Part shown: one piece after another, positions 31,824 to 41,767 of the stretch
How positions within the stretch are numbered: position 1 is the stretch's first letter
How the letters are laid out: every line of letters begins with the position of its first letter
Translations under genes and position numbers: made by a program
The notes under the pieces: generated by a model
What the model saw: only the letters and a program-made list of their open reading frames with translations
What the model was told of the DNA's origin: nothing
Database searches by the model: none
NCBI GenBank assembly: GCA_963823035.1
Contig: CAWGKG010000019.1
Coordinates: forward strand, 32,001-96,000
Direction: 5' to 3'
Source: an uncultured Gemmatimonadales bacterium
GTDB lineage: Bacteria; Gemmatimonadota; Gemmatimonadetes; Longimicrobiales; Gaopeijiaceae
DNA length: 64,000 nt

Positions 31824-34800
31824 TCATCGGGTGATCGCGAGGGAGAGGGCACGGTGCAGGATGCGTCCCTCCACTCCCTGGAGGGCGGGTTCGGTCGGGG
31901 GCGGGGGAGGTGCGGCCGCGCGCCCGGCGAGGGCTGCCCGCGCGGCGGGTGCGAGGAGGTCGAGCGCGGAGGAGGGCGCGCCCCCCCGACCCGCGGCCTG
32001 CGTGGCCTCGACCACGTACCGGAAGTGCTCGCTCGCGTCCGCTTCGTCGCCGAGGCGGCGCTCGGCGAGGCCGAGGAGAAAGCGCACCAGGCGTTCGTCG
32101 GGATCGTAGGGCCGGCCCTGCCCGAGCGACTCGGGCCAGGTCAGCGCCGTGCCCAGCTCGTCGCGCGCACCGGCCGCGTCTCCCGCCTCGAGGGCGTCGA
32201 GGGCGATCAGGGTGTGCGCCCACGCGAAGAGGCGGTGGCTCTCCCGGGCACCTTCGGACGGAAGGACGCGCACACCCGCGAGGACGTCGGCGGCCTCGGC
32301 CGCGCGTCCCACCTCGAGGAGGCTGCGGGTCTCGAGCAGAGCGAGGTCGAAGTCCGCGGGGAAGCGGGCGCGTGCCTCGGCGAGGGCGTCCAGTGAGGCC
32401 TCCCAGGCGGCGGCGTCCTGCAGCGCGCGGATCAGCGTGACGTGGAGCACGCGCGTGGTGGGGTCGAGCGCCACGGCCCGGCGGAGGTCGGGCACGGGAT
32501 CGGCGCCGCGCGTCGCCTGCACCAGCAGCCCCCGGGCGGCGTACGCCGGTCCGTAGTCGGGTGTGTCGCGCATCGCCTCCATGAGCCCCGCGGCCTCCTC
32601 GGCCCGGCCGACGCCCCAGAGGTTCAGGGCCCGGAGGTAGGTCCACACCCAGGCGTCCGCATGCTCGTCGGCCCACGCCATCACGGGGAGGGACTCCGTG
32701 CGAAAGGGGAACTGGAAGGCCGGAGGGCCGGCGTCCTCCAGGAGGGAAGCGTCGCGAAGGAGGAACGCCTTCCACGCCCGCGCCTCCGCGGGGAGGGGCC
32801 GCCCGGTAGGGAGGTCGAGCAGGGAGAGGGCGTCCTCGGGTCGGCCCAGGTCGACGTAGGCGAGCGCGAGCTCGAGGAGCGTCTGGCCCGGGAGCTCGCC
32901 GCCGATCGCCGACCCGAGCGCTCCGGCCGAGGCGGCGTCCGGGTGCTCCAGGTACGCCTCCGCGAGGGCGTCGTGGCGGAGCGGGTCCAGGTCGTTCAGC
33001 TGGGCCATCGCCTCCCGGGCGAGCGCGCGATCTCCGGAGACCCTCCCGACCACGGCGAGCATCCGCCAGGCGGGGAGGGCGTATCGATCGTGGTCGATCG
33101 CGAGGCGCGCGTAGCGTGCGGCCTCCGGCCAGCTCCGCTCCGCCACCATGATCCCGGCGAGCTGCGTGTACGCCGCGGTCCCGTAGGCGGTGCTGCGCGC
33201 CGCCCACCCGAAGGCGTCGCGCGCGTCGGCCGTGTGTCCCAGCGCCCGGTGGTGGATGCCGGCGAGGAAGTTGGCGCGGGCGTCGTAGGCGTCGATCTGG
33301 AGGGCGCGCCCGACCCGCTCCAGCCCCTCCTCGTAGCGCCCCGCCCGGTACTCGAGGTCGGCCATGCCGAGCAGCGCCTCGCGGTTCCACGGCTCGCGGG
33401 CCAGGGCGGCTTCGAACAGCGGCCGCGCCCGGGCGTACTCGCGGCCCTTCACCAGCTCGCGGGCCTGGAAGACCGCCCGGTCGGCCTCCGGCATGGAGGC
33501 GAATGCCTCCGGGTCCGTCTCGAAGGGGCGGCTCAGGCGGCGCGCCGATGCGTTCGAATCGTAGTCCAGGCCCAGGGAACGGACGCGCACGCGCAGGCCA
33601 CGCCCGGGCGTGACGGGCACGGACGTCCGGAACGGCTCCAGCGGCCGCAGCGAGATCGGCAGCGCCGCGACCCGCTCGTCGCCCGACCAGACCTCGAGCG
33701 TGTCGGTGGCGGCGACGAAGGCGTTGACGCCGATCGTGGCGCGATCACCGTCGATCGACGCGTAGAGGGCGCCCCGGTCGGAGGCGTCGGAGAGGCCGCC
33801 CGTCCCCTCCAGGGGGAACCAACGCTCGGTCCACCGCGACGAGGACGCGGGCTCGAAGCCCGCCTGCGTGATCGGGTTCACGTCCTCGCCCGGGGAGTAC
33901 TGCACGAAGAGCCGCCCGGCCTGGAACTCCACGTACTGGCCGTCGGTGTCCGTGAGCAGGTCCTCCCACACGCCACCTTCGCGCGACAGTGCCCACAGCC
34001 AGAGCTTCTGGCCGGGCAGGTCCTCGTAGCGTGCCCAGTGGCCGAAGCCCCAGTCGTCGTCGTGGTAGTAGCCGCCGAAGAAGTCGTTCAGCTCGCCCAC
34101 CACGTGGTACGACTTGTGGCCTCCGAAGGTGTTCTCGCGGTAGCGCGAGAGGTCGCGTCCGCGGTCGTCCACGGGCCACGCGTGGGGCCGACCCGAGTGC
34201 TCGAGGTAGGTGTCGCCCGGGATCGTCATCTCCAGGTCGTTGCGCGCGAACGCCGCTCCGGTCATCCAGTTGTAGTAGGGCTGCTCGAGCGGGGTGGGGT
34301 TGGACCACCAGGCGTTCGTCTCGAACGTCGCGGCGTCGGCGGGGAGGCGGATCTCCACGCGCCAGCGCGTGCGCGACGGGAGGTCCATCGCCCCCACCCA
34401 GCAGCTCACGCTCCCGTCCGGGTTCTCGACCAGGCGATAGTCGACGGGGGTGGCCGTGGCGGGCGTGTGGCCGATCACGCCGAAGTTGAACTCGATGCCG
34501 CCGGAGGTCCACGGACCGCGGAGCGCGATGTTCCTGAACTTCAACACCTCGTTGCGATAGATGAACTCGTGGCCCGTCGCCTTCACGACCGCGCCCCATA
34601 CCTTCCCGCCCACCTCCGGGAGGACGTACACCTCGATCCACGCGTTCTCGAGCTTCACCACCTTCCACTGCCGTGGCACGGGGGTATCCGTGTATCCGTC
34701 GAAAGCGTGGTAGGGATAGAGGCGCGCGTCGCGAGCGAGGATCGGGATGGGGTTGGGCTCGCCGAAGGGATAGGTGCCCAGCGTCCGCACCTCTTCGGTG

Positions 34801-34895
34801 ATGCGGGCCGACTGCGCGCCGGCGGGTGCCGCGGGCGCACCGAGGAGGACGAGGACCGCGCCAACACCGGCGACGGGGATCCGGCGCATGGTCAT
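31824..34895 (-). CDS. DUF5107 domain plus TPR-repeat exported protein
   Basis: Signal peptide; YPYHAFDGY, VKLEN..IEVYVLPEVGGKVW, GPWTSGGIEFNFG, PGQKLWLW, YVEFQAG; C-terminal TPR-like helices. Confidence 0.82.
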   Translation of the reverse strand: MTMRRIPVAGVGAVLVLLGAPAAPAGAQSARITEEVRTLGTYPFGEPNPIPILARDARLYPYHAFDGYTDTPVPRQWKVVKLENAWIEVYVLPEVGGKVWGAVVKATGHEFIYRNEVLKFRNIALRGPWTSGGIEFNFGVIGHTPATATPVDYRLVENPDGSVSCWVGAMDLPSRTRWRVEIRLPADAATFETNAWWSNPTPLEQPYYNWMTGAAFARNDLEMTIPGDTYLEHSGRPHAWPVDDRGRDLSRYRENTFGGHKSYHVVGELNDFFGGYYHDDDWGFGHWARYEDLPGQKLWLWALSREGGVWEDLLTDTDGQYVEFQAGRLFVQYSPGEDVNPITQAGFEPASSSRWTERWFPLEGTGGLSDASDRGALYASIDGDRATIGVNAFVAATDTLEVWSGDERVAALPISLRPLEPFRTSVPVTPGRGLRVRVRSLGLDYDSNASARRLSRPFETDPEAFASMPEADRAVFQARELVKGREYARARPLFEAALAREPWNREALLGMADLEYRAGRYEEGLERVGRALQIDAYDARANFLAGIHHRALGHTADARDAFGWAARSTAYGTAAYTQLAGIMVAERSWPEAARYARLAIDHDRYALPAWRMLAVVGRVSGDRALAREAMAQLNDLDPLRHDALAEAYLEHPDAASAGALGSAIGGELPGQTLLELALAYVDLGRPEDALSLLDLPTGRPLPAEARAWKAFLLRDASLLEDAGPPAFQFPFRTESLPVMAWADEHADAWVWTYLRALNLWGVGRAEEAAGLMEAMRDTPDYGPAYAARGLLVQATRGADPVPDLRRAVALDPTTRVLHVTLIRALQDAAAWEASLDALAEARARFPADFDLALLETRSLLEVGRAAEAADVLAGVRVLPSEGARESHRLFAWAHTLIALDALEAGDAAGARDELGTALTWPESLGQGRPYDPDERLVRFLLGLAERRLGDEADASEHFRYVVEATQAAGRGGAPSSALDLLAPAARAALAGRAAAPPPPPTEPALQGVEGRILHRALSLAITR

Positions 34896-34989
34896 CCCTC
34901 CTTCCAGGAGTCGCCCCTCGACCCGATCGGTGGGACGGACGGTAGAAGGGTCCGTCGAGGATGGCAACGCGCCCGGAACGTGCGGGCGG

Positions 34990-35871
34990 CTACGACTCGG
35001 CTTGGCCGCCCGACGCCCCCTGGCCGAGCCACACGCCCGCGAGCACCAGCCCCCCACCCAGCACGACGAAGGGCCCGAACGGCTCACCGAGGAGCGGCAC
35101 GGCGAGCGCGAGCGTCGCGATCGGCTCCAGATAGAGGTAGAGCCCGGCCCGGGCCGCTCCCAGGCCGGCTACGCCTTCCTGCCAGAACCACTGCCCGAGC
35201 GCGAGTCCGGGGATCGCGAGGTAGAGCACGGCGGCGATGCCCCGTGGCGAGAGGGCGCGCACGCTCGCCACGTCCCCGAGGGACGCGAAGGCGAGGCCCG
35301 TGAGCACGGTCGCCACCATCAGGATCACGAACGTGACCGCCAGGGGGCTGCGCCGTCGGGAGAGGTCGCGCGTGGCCACGGTGTAGAACGCCCAGGTGTG
35401 CGCCGACGCGAGGACCAGCCAGTCCCCCGTGCTGCGCAGCCAACCGAGGTCGGTCAGGTGCCCGCGCGAGACGAGAAGGAAGATCCCTGCGGTGGCGACG
35501 GCGATGCCGGCCACGCCACGCCGGCCGATGCGCTCCCGCAGGATCAGGAACGAGAGGAGCGCGAGCGCCAGCGGCGAGACGGATATGATCCATCCCGTGT
35601 TGCTGGCCGTGGTCGACTCGATCCCCCGGATCTGGACGAGGAAGTGGAGCGTGAGGATCGTCCCGCCCAGGAGGATGGGCGCGATGTCCCGCCGGTCGAA
35701 GTCGAGCCGCACACGCTTCACCAGGAGGACGGCGCCCAGGAAAGGCACGCCGATCGCGCAGCGCAGGGCGAAGATCTCGAGCGGCCCCAGCTCCGCCACG
35801 AGGATCTTCGTGGCCACGAACGTCCAGCCCCAGATGACCACGGCGGAGAGGAGGAGGATCCGGGGCAGCAT
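34990..35871 (-). CDS. DMT/EamA family transporter
   Basis: IWGWTFVATK, two EamA repeats, YLEPIATL; about 10 TM segments. Confidence 0.88.
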   Translation of the reverse strand: MLPRILLLSAVVIWGWTFVATKILVAELGPLEIFALRCAIGVPFLGAVLLVKRVRLDFDRRDIAPILLGGTILTLHFLVQIRGIESTTASNTGWIISVSPLALALLSFLILRERIGRRGVAGIAVATAGIFLLVSRGHLTDLGWLRSTGDWLVLASAHTWAFYTVATRDLSRRRSPLAVTFVILMVATVLTGLAFASLGDVASVRALSPRGIAAVLYLAIPGLALGQWFWQEGVAGLGAARAGLYLYLEPIATLALAVPLLGEPFGPFVVLGGGLVLAGVWLGQGASGGQAES

Positions 35872-36057
35872 GGCCGGTGCGAGGAGTGGGCGGGGTCGGA
35901 TCGATGGGGGGTGAGGTCCGGAGTCGAGCGTCCCACAGTACCCACCGCCGCGGCGCTCGCGCCATCTCGCCTTGCAGAAGCCCTTCGCGATCAGCGACCT
36001 TCCTAGAACCGCAGGGACGTTCTCGACCGGGCGGGATGACCCTGGAGGGACGGGAGC

Positions 36058-36288
36058 ATGGCCAAACGCAGAGTCGTTCGTCGCACGCGGACCCGGGTTC
36101 CCGACTACACCTTCCTCGGGTGCCCCCTCACGAAGAGCCGAACCGCGTGGTGCCATCACCTGTGCACGCCGACCCGGGGCATCGGGGCCTGCGGGCGCAT
36201 CGCGCCCCATGCGCTTACGGGGCGGACGCAGGAGGCGATCCTCCGCCACCAGTGTCGGCGAGCCGAGGCGGCTCCCCCCGAATCCTGA
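36058..36288 (+). CDS. Small basic Cys/His-rich hypothetical protein (76 aa)
   Basis: GGGAGC RBS before the ATG; GCPL..WCHHLC..CGRIAPH; fills the gap before the Omp85 gene. Confidence 0.55.
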   Translation: MAKRRVVRRTRTRVPDYTFLGCPLTKSRTAWCHHLCTPTRGIGACGRIAPHALTGRTQEAILRHQCRRAEAAPPES

Positions 36289-36316
36289 CGGCGGCCGGCT
36301 GCCCGGGGGGGAGGTC

Positions 36317-38902
36317 ATGGCCGTGGCGAGGCGGGTGGCAGGCGCGCTGCTGCTGCTCTGCGGCGGCGTTCGCGTCGACGGGGCTCCGGCCCAGCTCGTG
36401 CCTACGGCCTCAGGAGACGCCGCCACGACGGTGGTTCCCGCCGCGCACTGCGAGGCGAGCCGAGCGTTCGGGACCCTGGCGGGCTCGGGGTATCGGGCGC
36501 TCTGGGCGACCCCGATCCGCGTGCCCGTGGCGGACCTCGGCGCGCTGGGTGGGGGTGGGCTGACGCCCTTCAGGGTCGGTGGCGGCGTCACCACGCAGAC
36601 GCTTCACGCCCGTGGGGCAGACGGACGTCGCTACGTCTTCCGCTCCGTCCAGAAGACGACCCGCCAGGCCCTCGCCGAGGAGTTCTGGGGCACGCCCGTC
36701 GAAGCGATCATGCGCGACCAGCTCTGCTCCTTCCATCCGTCGGGAGCCGTGGTCGTGCCCGACCTGCTGGAGGCGGTCGGCGTGCTGCACACGGAGCCGC
36801 GCCTGATGGTGCTCCCCGACGACCCCCGACTCGGCGAGTTCCGGGAGCAGTTCGCGGGCATGCTGGTGCTCTTCGAAGAGCGTCCCGATGAGTCGCCGGA
36901 GGGTGGACCGGGCTTCGCCGGGTCCGACCGCATCGTGCAGATGGAGAACCTCCTCGACGCGCTCGAGGAGGACCCGGACCAGCGGGTCGACGCGACCAAC
37001 GTGCTCCGGTCACGCCTGGTGGACCTGCTGGTGGGAGACCGGGACCGGAGCATCAACAACTACCTGTGGGCCCGTTTCGAAGACCCCGGGGGTGGATACG
37101 TGTGGCGGCCGATCCCTCGCGATCGGGACCAGGCGTTCGTCCGCTTCGATGGAGCGCTCAAGTCGCTGGCTCGCCACTACGAGAACCGACTGGTCGCCTT
37201 CGGCGACGCCTATCCCGACATCGAAGGCCTGACGCGCAACGCGTGGGACATCGATCGGAACCTCCTGGTCGGGCTGGATCGGAATACGTGGGACAGCGTC
37301 GTGCGTGGGGTGCAGGCGGCGCTCACGGACGACGTGATCGCCGGAGCGGTACGCCGCCTCCCCCCGGAGCACCATGCGCTCATCGGAACGCGGATCGAGG
37401 CGAGCCTGCGCCTGCGCCGCGATTCGCTCCCGGCGGCCGCCGAGGCGCTGTACGAGATCGTCTTCGAAGACGCCGACGTGCACACGACAGACGTCGGCGA
37501 GGTGGTGCGGTTGCAGGGCCTCGAGGACGGCGGCGTCCGACTCGCGGTGCGCCGCAGGGGGAAGGGCGGCGAGCGGGAAGGGGTGGGCCCCACACGCTTC
37601 GAGAGGACGTTCTCGCCGCGAGAGACGCGCGAGCTCCGCATCTACCTGCACGGTGGGGACGACCTCGTGCGTATCGAGGGCGGAGCCGCGTCCGGGATCC
37701 TGGTGCGCATCGTCGGCGGAGGGGGCGAAGACGAGGTCGAGAACGCGTCGGGTCGGCGTGGCGTGGTCTTCTACGACGATGGTGAGGGGACGGTCGTGTC
37801 GGGCGCAGGCGTCCGCAGGGTCGGGCGCGCCGCGCCCCGCGTGTACTCCTGGTGGGACGACGGAGAGCGCAGTCCGGACTTCGGCTCGGACGCCTACCTG
37901 CTCCCCGGTCTCGGCTACGACGGGGATCGGGGCCTCGTGATCCGCATGGGGCTGCGACGGATAGGGTACGGCTTCCTCGCGCAGCCCTTCGCCTCACGCC
38001 TGCGGGCGAGCGTGGGGTGGGCCGTGGGGCCGTCCCGTCCGATCGTGGACGCCCACCTCCTCCTCCGGGACCGACTGGCCGGGTGGAACCTCGGCCTGCG
38101 CGGGCGCTGGTCGGGCATCGAGGTCCTGCGCTTCTACGGCTTCGGGAACGAGACCGTGGAGGTGGAGCACCAGGCCTACTACCGGGTGCGGCAGACCCAG
38201 CTGGTGGTGGGCGCCGACCTGAGCGCCGGCGATGGCGACCACCGTCGCGTGAGCGTGGGCCCGGTGCTCCGCTACACCTCGTCCGACACGTCGGACGCGG
38301 CCTTCGTCACCCAAGCACGCCCCTACGGAACCGGGGCCTTCACGCAGGCCGGCCTGCGTGCCGACTTCATCGTCGACGACCGCGACGTCCGGCAGGCGCC
38401 ATGGCGCGGTTACCGCCTGGAGGGAGGAGCCACGTGGTACCCGGGGCTGTTCGACGTGCGCACGCCCTTCGAGGAGGTGCACGGTGAGGCCACGTGGTAC
38501 ACGTCGCCGCCGGGCGGGAACCCCACGCTGGCACTGCGCGCCGGAGGCAAGAAGCTGTGGGGGACGTATCCGTATTCGGACGCGGCGTTCCTCGGGGGCG
38601 CGGACGACGTGCGTGGCCTCCGCGAGCAGCGGTTCGCGGGAGACGCGGCGGTCTACGCGAGCGCAGAGGTGAGGCTCCTCGTCGCGCACGTCTTCGTGCT
38701 CTTCCCCATGGACTTCGGCGTGTTCGGCCTCCTGGACACGGGGCGGGTCTTCCTCGAGGGGGAGACGTCCAGCACGTGGCACGACGCGTGGGGCGGCGGC
38801 CTGTGGTTCTCGCCGGTGGGACGCGAGGCCACGGTCCGGCTGTCACTCGCCCGCCACCAGCAGAATACGTCGCTCTACGTCGGGATGGGCTTCGCGTACT
38901 GA
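36317..38902 (+). CDS. Omp85/BamA-TamA family outer-membrane protein with an N-terminal kinase-like domain
   Basis: GGAGG RBS; C-terminal barrel with LGGADDVRG...RFAGD, DTGRVF and terminal GMGFAY; N-domain GGG.TT..YVFRSVQK, DLLVGDRDRSINN, RDRDQAF. Confidence 0.78.
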   Translation: MAVARRVAGALLLLCGGVRVDGAPAQLVPTASGDAATTVVPAAHCEASRAFGTLAGSGYRALWATPIRVPVADLGALGGGGLTPFRVGGGVTTQTLHARGADGRRYVFRSVQKTTRQALAEEFWGTPVEAIMRDQLCSFHPSGAVVVPDLLEAVGVLHTEPRLMVLPDDPRLGEFREQFAGMLVLFEERPDESPEGGPGFAGSDRIVQMENLLDALEEDPDQRVDATNVLRSRLVDLLVGDRDRSINNYLWARFEDPGGGYVWRPIPRDRDQAFVRFDGALKSLARHYENRLVAFGDAYPDIEGLTRNAWDIDRNLLVGLDRNTWDSVVRGVQAALTDDVIAGAVRRLPPEHHALIGTRIEASLRLRRDSLPAAAEALYEIVFEDADVHTTDVGEVVRLQGLEDGGVRLAVRRRGKGGEREGVGPTRFERTFSPRETRELRIYLHGGDDLVRIEGGAASGILVRIVGGGGEDEVENASGRRGVVFYDDGEGTVVSGAGVRRVGRAAPRVYSWWDDGERSPDFGSDAYLLPGLGYDGDRGLVIRMGLRRIGYGFLAQPFASRLRASVGWAVGPSRPIVDAHLLLRDRLAGWNLGLRGRWSGIEVLRFYGFGNETVEVEHQAYYRVRQTQLVVGADLSAGDGDHRRVSVGPVLRYTSSDTSDAAFVTQARPYGTGAFTQAGLRADFIVDDRDVRQAPWRGYRLEGGATWYPGLFDVRTPFEEVHGEATWYTSPPGGNPTLALRAGGKKLWGTYPYSDAAFLGGADDVRGLREQRFAGDAAVYASAEVRLLVAHVFVLFPMDFGVFGLLDTGRVFLEGETSSTWHDAWGGGLWFSPVGREATVRLSLARHQQNTSLYVGMGFAY

Positions 38903-38957
38903 GGCTCGCGGTGCCGGGCCGCTGGACGAAGACGGCCTCCACGTGCCACGTTCGGGC

Positions 38958-39557
38958 ATGACGCCAACCGACCCCAGGGACGCACGAAGGCCCACGTCCA
39001 CCGCTTCGGCGGAGGTCACCACGCTGCTGAGACGCTGGAGCGACGGTGACGAGCACGCCCTCGAGCGTCTCATGCCCCTCGTCTACGAGGAGCTGCGACG
39101 CGTCGCCCACCGCCGCCTGGCCGGCGAGCGCACGGGCCACACGCTCCAGACCACGGCGCTGGTGCACGAGGCGTACGGTCGCCTCGCCGAGGCCGACCTC
39201 CCCTGGCAGGATCGCGCGCACTTCTTCGCGCTCGCGGCGCGCACCATGCGGCGCATCCTGGTGGACTACGCACGTTCGCGCCTCGCCGAGAAGCGGGGGG
39301 GCGGCGCCCAGGCGGTGCCGCTCGACCAACTCACGGTGGAACTGTCCGCCGGCGGCGAAGACGCGGAGATCCTCGCCCTCCATGAGGCCCTCGAGGCGCT
39401 GGAGCGGCAGGACCCGCGCAAGGCCCGCGTGATCGAGGCGCACATCTTCGGGGGGCTCACGTACGAGGAGACCGCGGAGGCGCTGGGGATCTCGCCCGCG
39501 ACCGTGGACCGCGACCTCAGGCTGGCCAAGGCGTGGCTGGCCCGGGAGCTGGGGTGA
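38958..39557 (+). CDS. ECF sigma factor, TIGR02999-type (kinase-associated)
   Basis: VTTLLRRW..GD..AL..L.PLVYEELRR, HTLQTTALVHEAY, DRAHFFALAARTMRRILVD, TVDRDLRLAKAWL. Confidence 0.9.
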   Translation: MTPTDPRDARRPTSTASAEVTTLLRRWSDGDEHALERLMPLVYEELRRVAHRRLAGERTGHTLQTTALVHEAYGRLAEADLPWQDRAHFFALAARTMRRILVDYARSRLAEKRGGGAQAVPLDQLTVELSAGGEDAEILALHEALEALERQDPRKARVIEAHIFGGLTYEETAEALGISPATVDRDLRLAKAWLARELG

Positions 39558-39635
39558 GGGAATAGCGCGCGGTTTTCCGCCCTATGGGATGAGGACCAGA
39601 ACGGCCGGTTCGGCCGGCCCATCCCAGGAGCGATC

Positions 39636-41717
39636 ATGAACACGCGCACCCTCCCCCATCGGAAGCACATTCTTCGCGGCGTCGTCGTCTTCTCCCTCGC
39701 CGCCGTGGCCGCGTGCAGCGACAACCTGACCGCCCCCGACCTCCAGGACCCGGACCCGGCTGGAGGGCAGCCGCCCGTCGACCAGCCTTCCGGGGATTCG
39801 ACCAGCATCACGCGCGGCAGCGTGAGCGCGAACGGCGACGTGAAGGAAACCGAGGACGGGTTCAGCGTGGACGGCGAGCTCACCATGAGCGTTGGCGACA
39901 CGAGCACCGTCGTCTTCCACAACGCCGACGTACAGGTCCACTTCGACGCCAGCGGTCGGATGACCGGCATGAGCGGTACGGTGGACATTCCCTCTCCGCA
40001 CAAGCGCATCACGTTCGAGGATCCGGTGCAGGCGCACGTCGGGATGTTCACGGGCAAGGTCCTCAACGAGACCGCCGACCTCCCGATCCTCCTCCGCGAC
40101 GACACGAACTACTTCGTCTACGACGTGAAGGCGTCGTACCAGATGAACATCGCCACGGGCGACACCGGCGAGGACGCGGTGAAGCCGATCGCGGTGAGGG
40201 CGCCGCTGGGCGGACGCATCACGATGATCATCGACTACACGGACCCGATGTACTTCACGTACGGTGCCCTCGACCTGCTCGGATCGAGCGGCGTGGCGTG
40301 GTCGCTGCACCACCGGCTCCCCTTCAAGCCGTGGAATCCGGTGGAGGACCTGGGGTCGTTCGAGGGCGGCACCGAGCGGGTCGGCTCGATGACGATCTTC
40401 AAGATCCTCGGCGTGGAAGGCCAGCTGGTGGAGAACGAGTACAGCGAGGTCCACCTCCTGCAGGAGGATCCCTTCGCTTCGAGCCTGCGCGCGGGCTACC
40501 AGGCGGGCTTCAACGGCAACGGCAGCCTCGACCTCTTCGTGAAGGACGTGGTCGGCATCGACCTCCCGCTGGCCAGCGTGAGCGGCGGCGTGTGGAGCGA
40601 GCTCAGCACGGGCGACGGCTTCCAGGGCCACCTGTACGCCCGCGGCCGCACGACGAACGACTACTCGTGGTGGCCCACGTTCATTCCGGCGCGCCCGGTC
40701 ACGACGCTGGACGTCCACAGCTTCCTGAAGAGCGACGGCGAGTTCGACGTGGCGCTGCGCGGCGAATACGGCTGGGACTTCCCGGCGGGCCGGCAGAGCA
40801 TGATCGGCGAGTTCGACCTGAGCAACGAGGCCTTCACGCTCCAGGGCACGATGGTGGCCGCGGACGACAGCATGAGCGTGGGCGGCGTGGTCACGAAGGA
40901 CGCGACGACGTTGTACGTGGAGCCACCGCAGGGGCTCCTCGACGGCGTGCAGAAGCAGGTGAACGACGAGGTGTTCTCGCGGATCGACGAGGCGCAGAAG
41001 GCGTGGGAGAACCTCCAGAAGGCCACGGAGGACTACGAGGTCGAGCTGAGCCTGCGGGGCCTGCGCTCCTCGCTGCCGGCGATCGCCGACAAGGCGAAGG
41101 CGGAGCTGCAGAAGCGGGTTGCCTCCGCGATCGCGGGGCAGAAGGGCAAGATCTGGTACAGCGACTTCAAGAGCCACATGAACTCGGCGGTGAAGCCGTA
41201 CTACAAGCAGCTCGACGAGCTCAAGGCGGCCGCCGGCGACATCGGGGACAACCAGGTGAGCCGCGACAGGATCGAAGCGGCGCTACGCGGTCTGGCCGCG
41301 AAGAAGATCTTCAGCACGACCTACAAGTACACGAAGCCGATCGTGGGCACGCTGTACTCGCGGAAGATCACGGTCCGTATCATGTCGGACGCGCAGGCGG
41401 CCCAGCTCGTCAACGCCGCGAACAACGTGAAGTACATCAAGGAGACGTCGGATCGCCGCATCAGCATGAAGCAGATCTACGACCAGGTGGACGACAAGGC
41501 GCTCTTCGAGAGGGTGCGCAACGACATCAAAGACGGCATGATCCGGATCCGTGGCGTGGAGCAGCTGGGTGTGGTGATCCAGCACGGACGCGACAAGCCG
41601 GTCTTCGACCTGTACGTGAAGATCGACGGCGAGCGCTACGAGGCCGGCAGCATCGAGGCGTTGACGGTCGCCGAGTTGGCGACCAAGGTCGCCGAGATCA
41701 TGGTGGACCTGCTGTAG
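39636..41717 (+). CDS. Hypothetical 693-aa lipoprotein
   Basis: Intact ORF with AGGAG RBS and lipobox AVAAC; beta-rich N-terminal two-thirds, helical Lys-rich C-terminus. Confidence 0.8.
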   Translation: MNTRTLPHRKHILRGVVVFSLAAVAACSDNLTAPDLQDPDPAGGQPPVDQPSGDSTSITRGSVSANGDVKETEDGFSVDGELTMSVGDTSTVVFHNADVQVHFDASGRMTGMSGTVDIPSPHKRITFEDPVQAHVGMFTGKVLNETADLPILLRDDTNYFVYDVKASYQMNIATGDTGEDAVKPIAVRAPLGGRITMIIDYTDPMYFTYGALDLLGSSGVAWSLHHRLPFKPWNPVEDLGSFEGGTERVGSMTIFKILGVEGQLVENEYSEVHLLQEDPFASSLRAGYQAGFNGNGSLDLFVKDVVGIDLPLASVSGGVWSELSTGDGFQGHLYARGRTTNDYSWWPTFIPARPVTTLDVHSFLKSDGEFDVALRGEYGWDFPAGRQSMIGEFDLSNEAFTLQGTMVAADDSMSVGGVVTKDATTLYVEPPQGLLDGVQKQVNDEVFSRIDEAQKAWENLQKATEDYEVELSLRGLRSSLPAIADKAKAELQKRVASAIAGQKGKIWYSDFKSHMNSAVKPYYKQLDELKAAAGDIGDNQVSRDRIEAALRGLAAKKIFSTTYKYTKPIVGTLYSRKITVRIMSDAQAAQLVNAANNVKYIKETSDRRISMKQIYDQVDDKALFERVRNDIKDGMIRIRGVEQLGVVIQHGRDKPVFDLYVKIDGERYEAGSIEALTVAELATKVAEIMVDLL

Positions 41718-41767
41718 ACCGGGTGACCCTGATGCCGCTTCACGATCACACCTCGACGGGAGGGTAG

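Noticed and set aside
35972..36316. N-terminal extension of the Omp85 ORF to 35972
   Set aside because: Low-complexity translation; a better start at 36317 has a GGAGG RBS and signal-like segment, and the region holds a separate 76-aa ORF.
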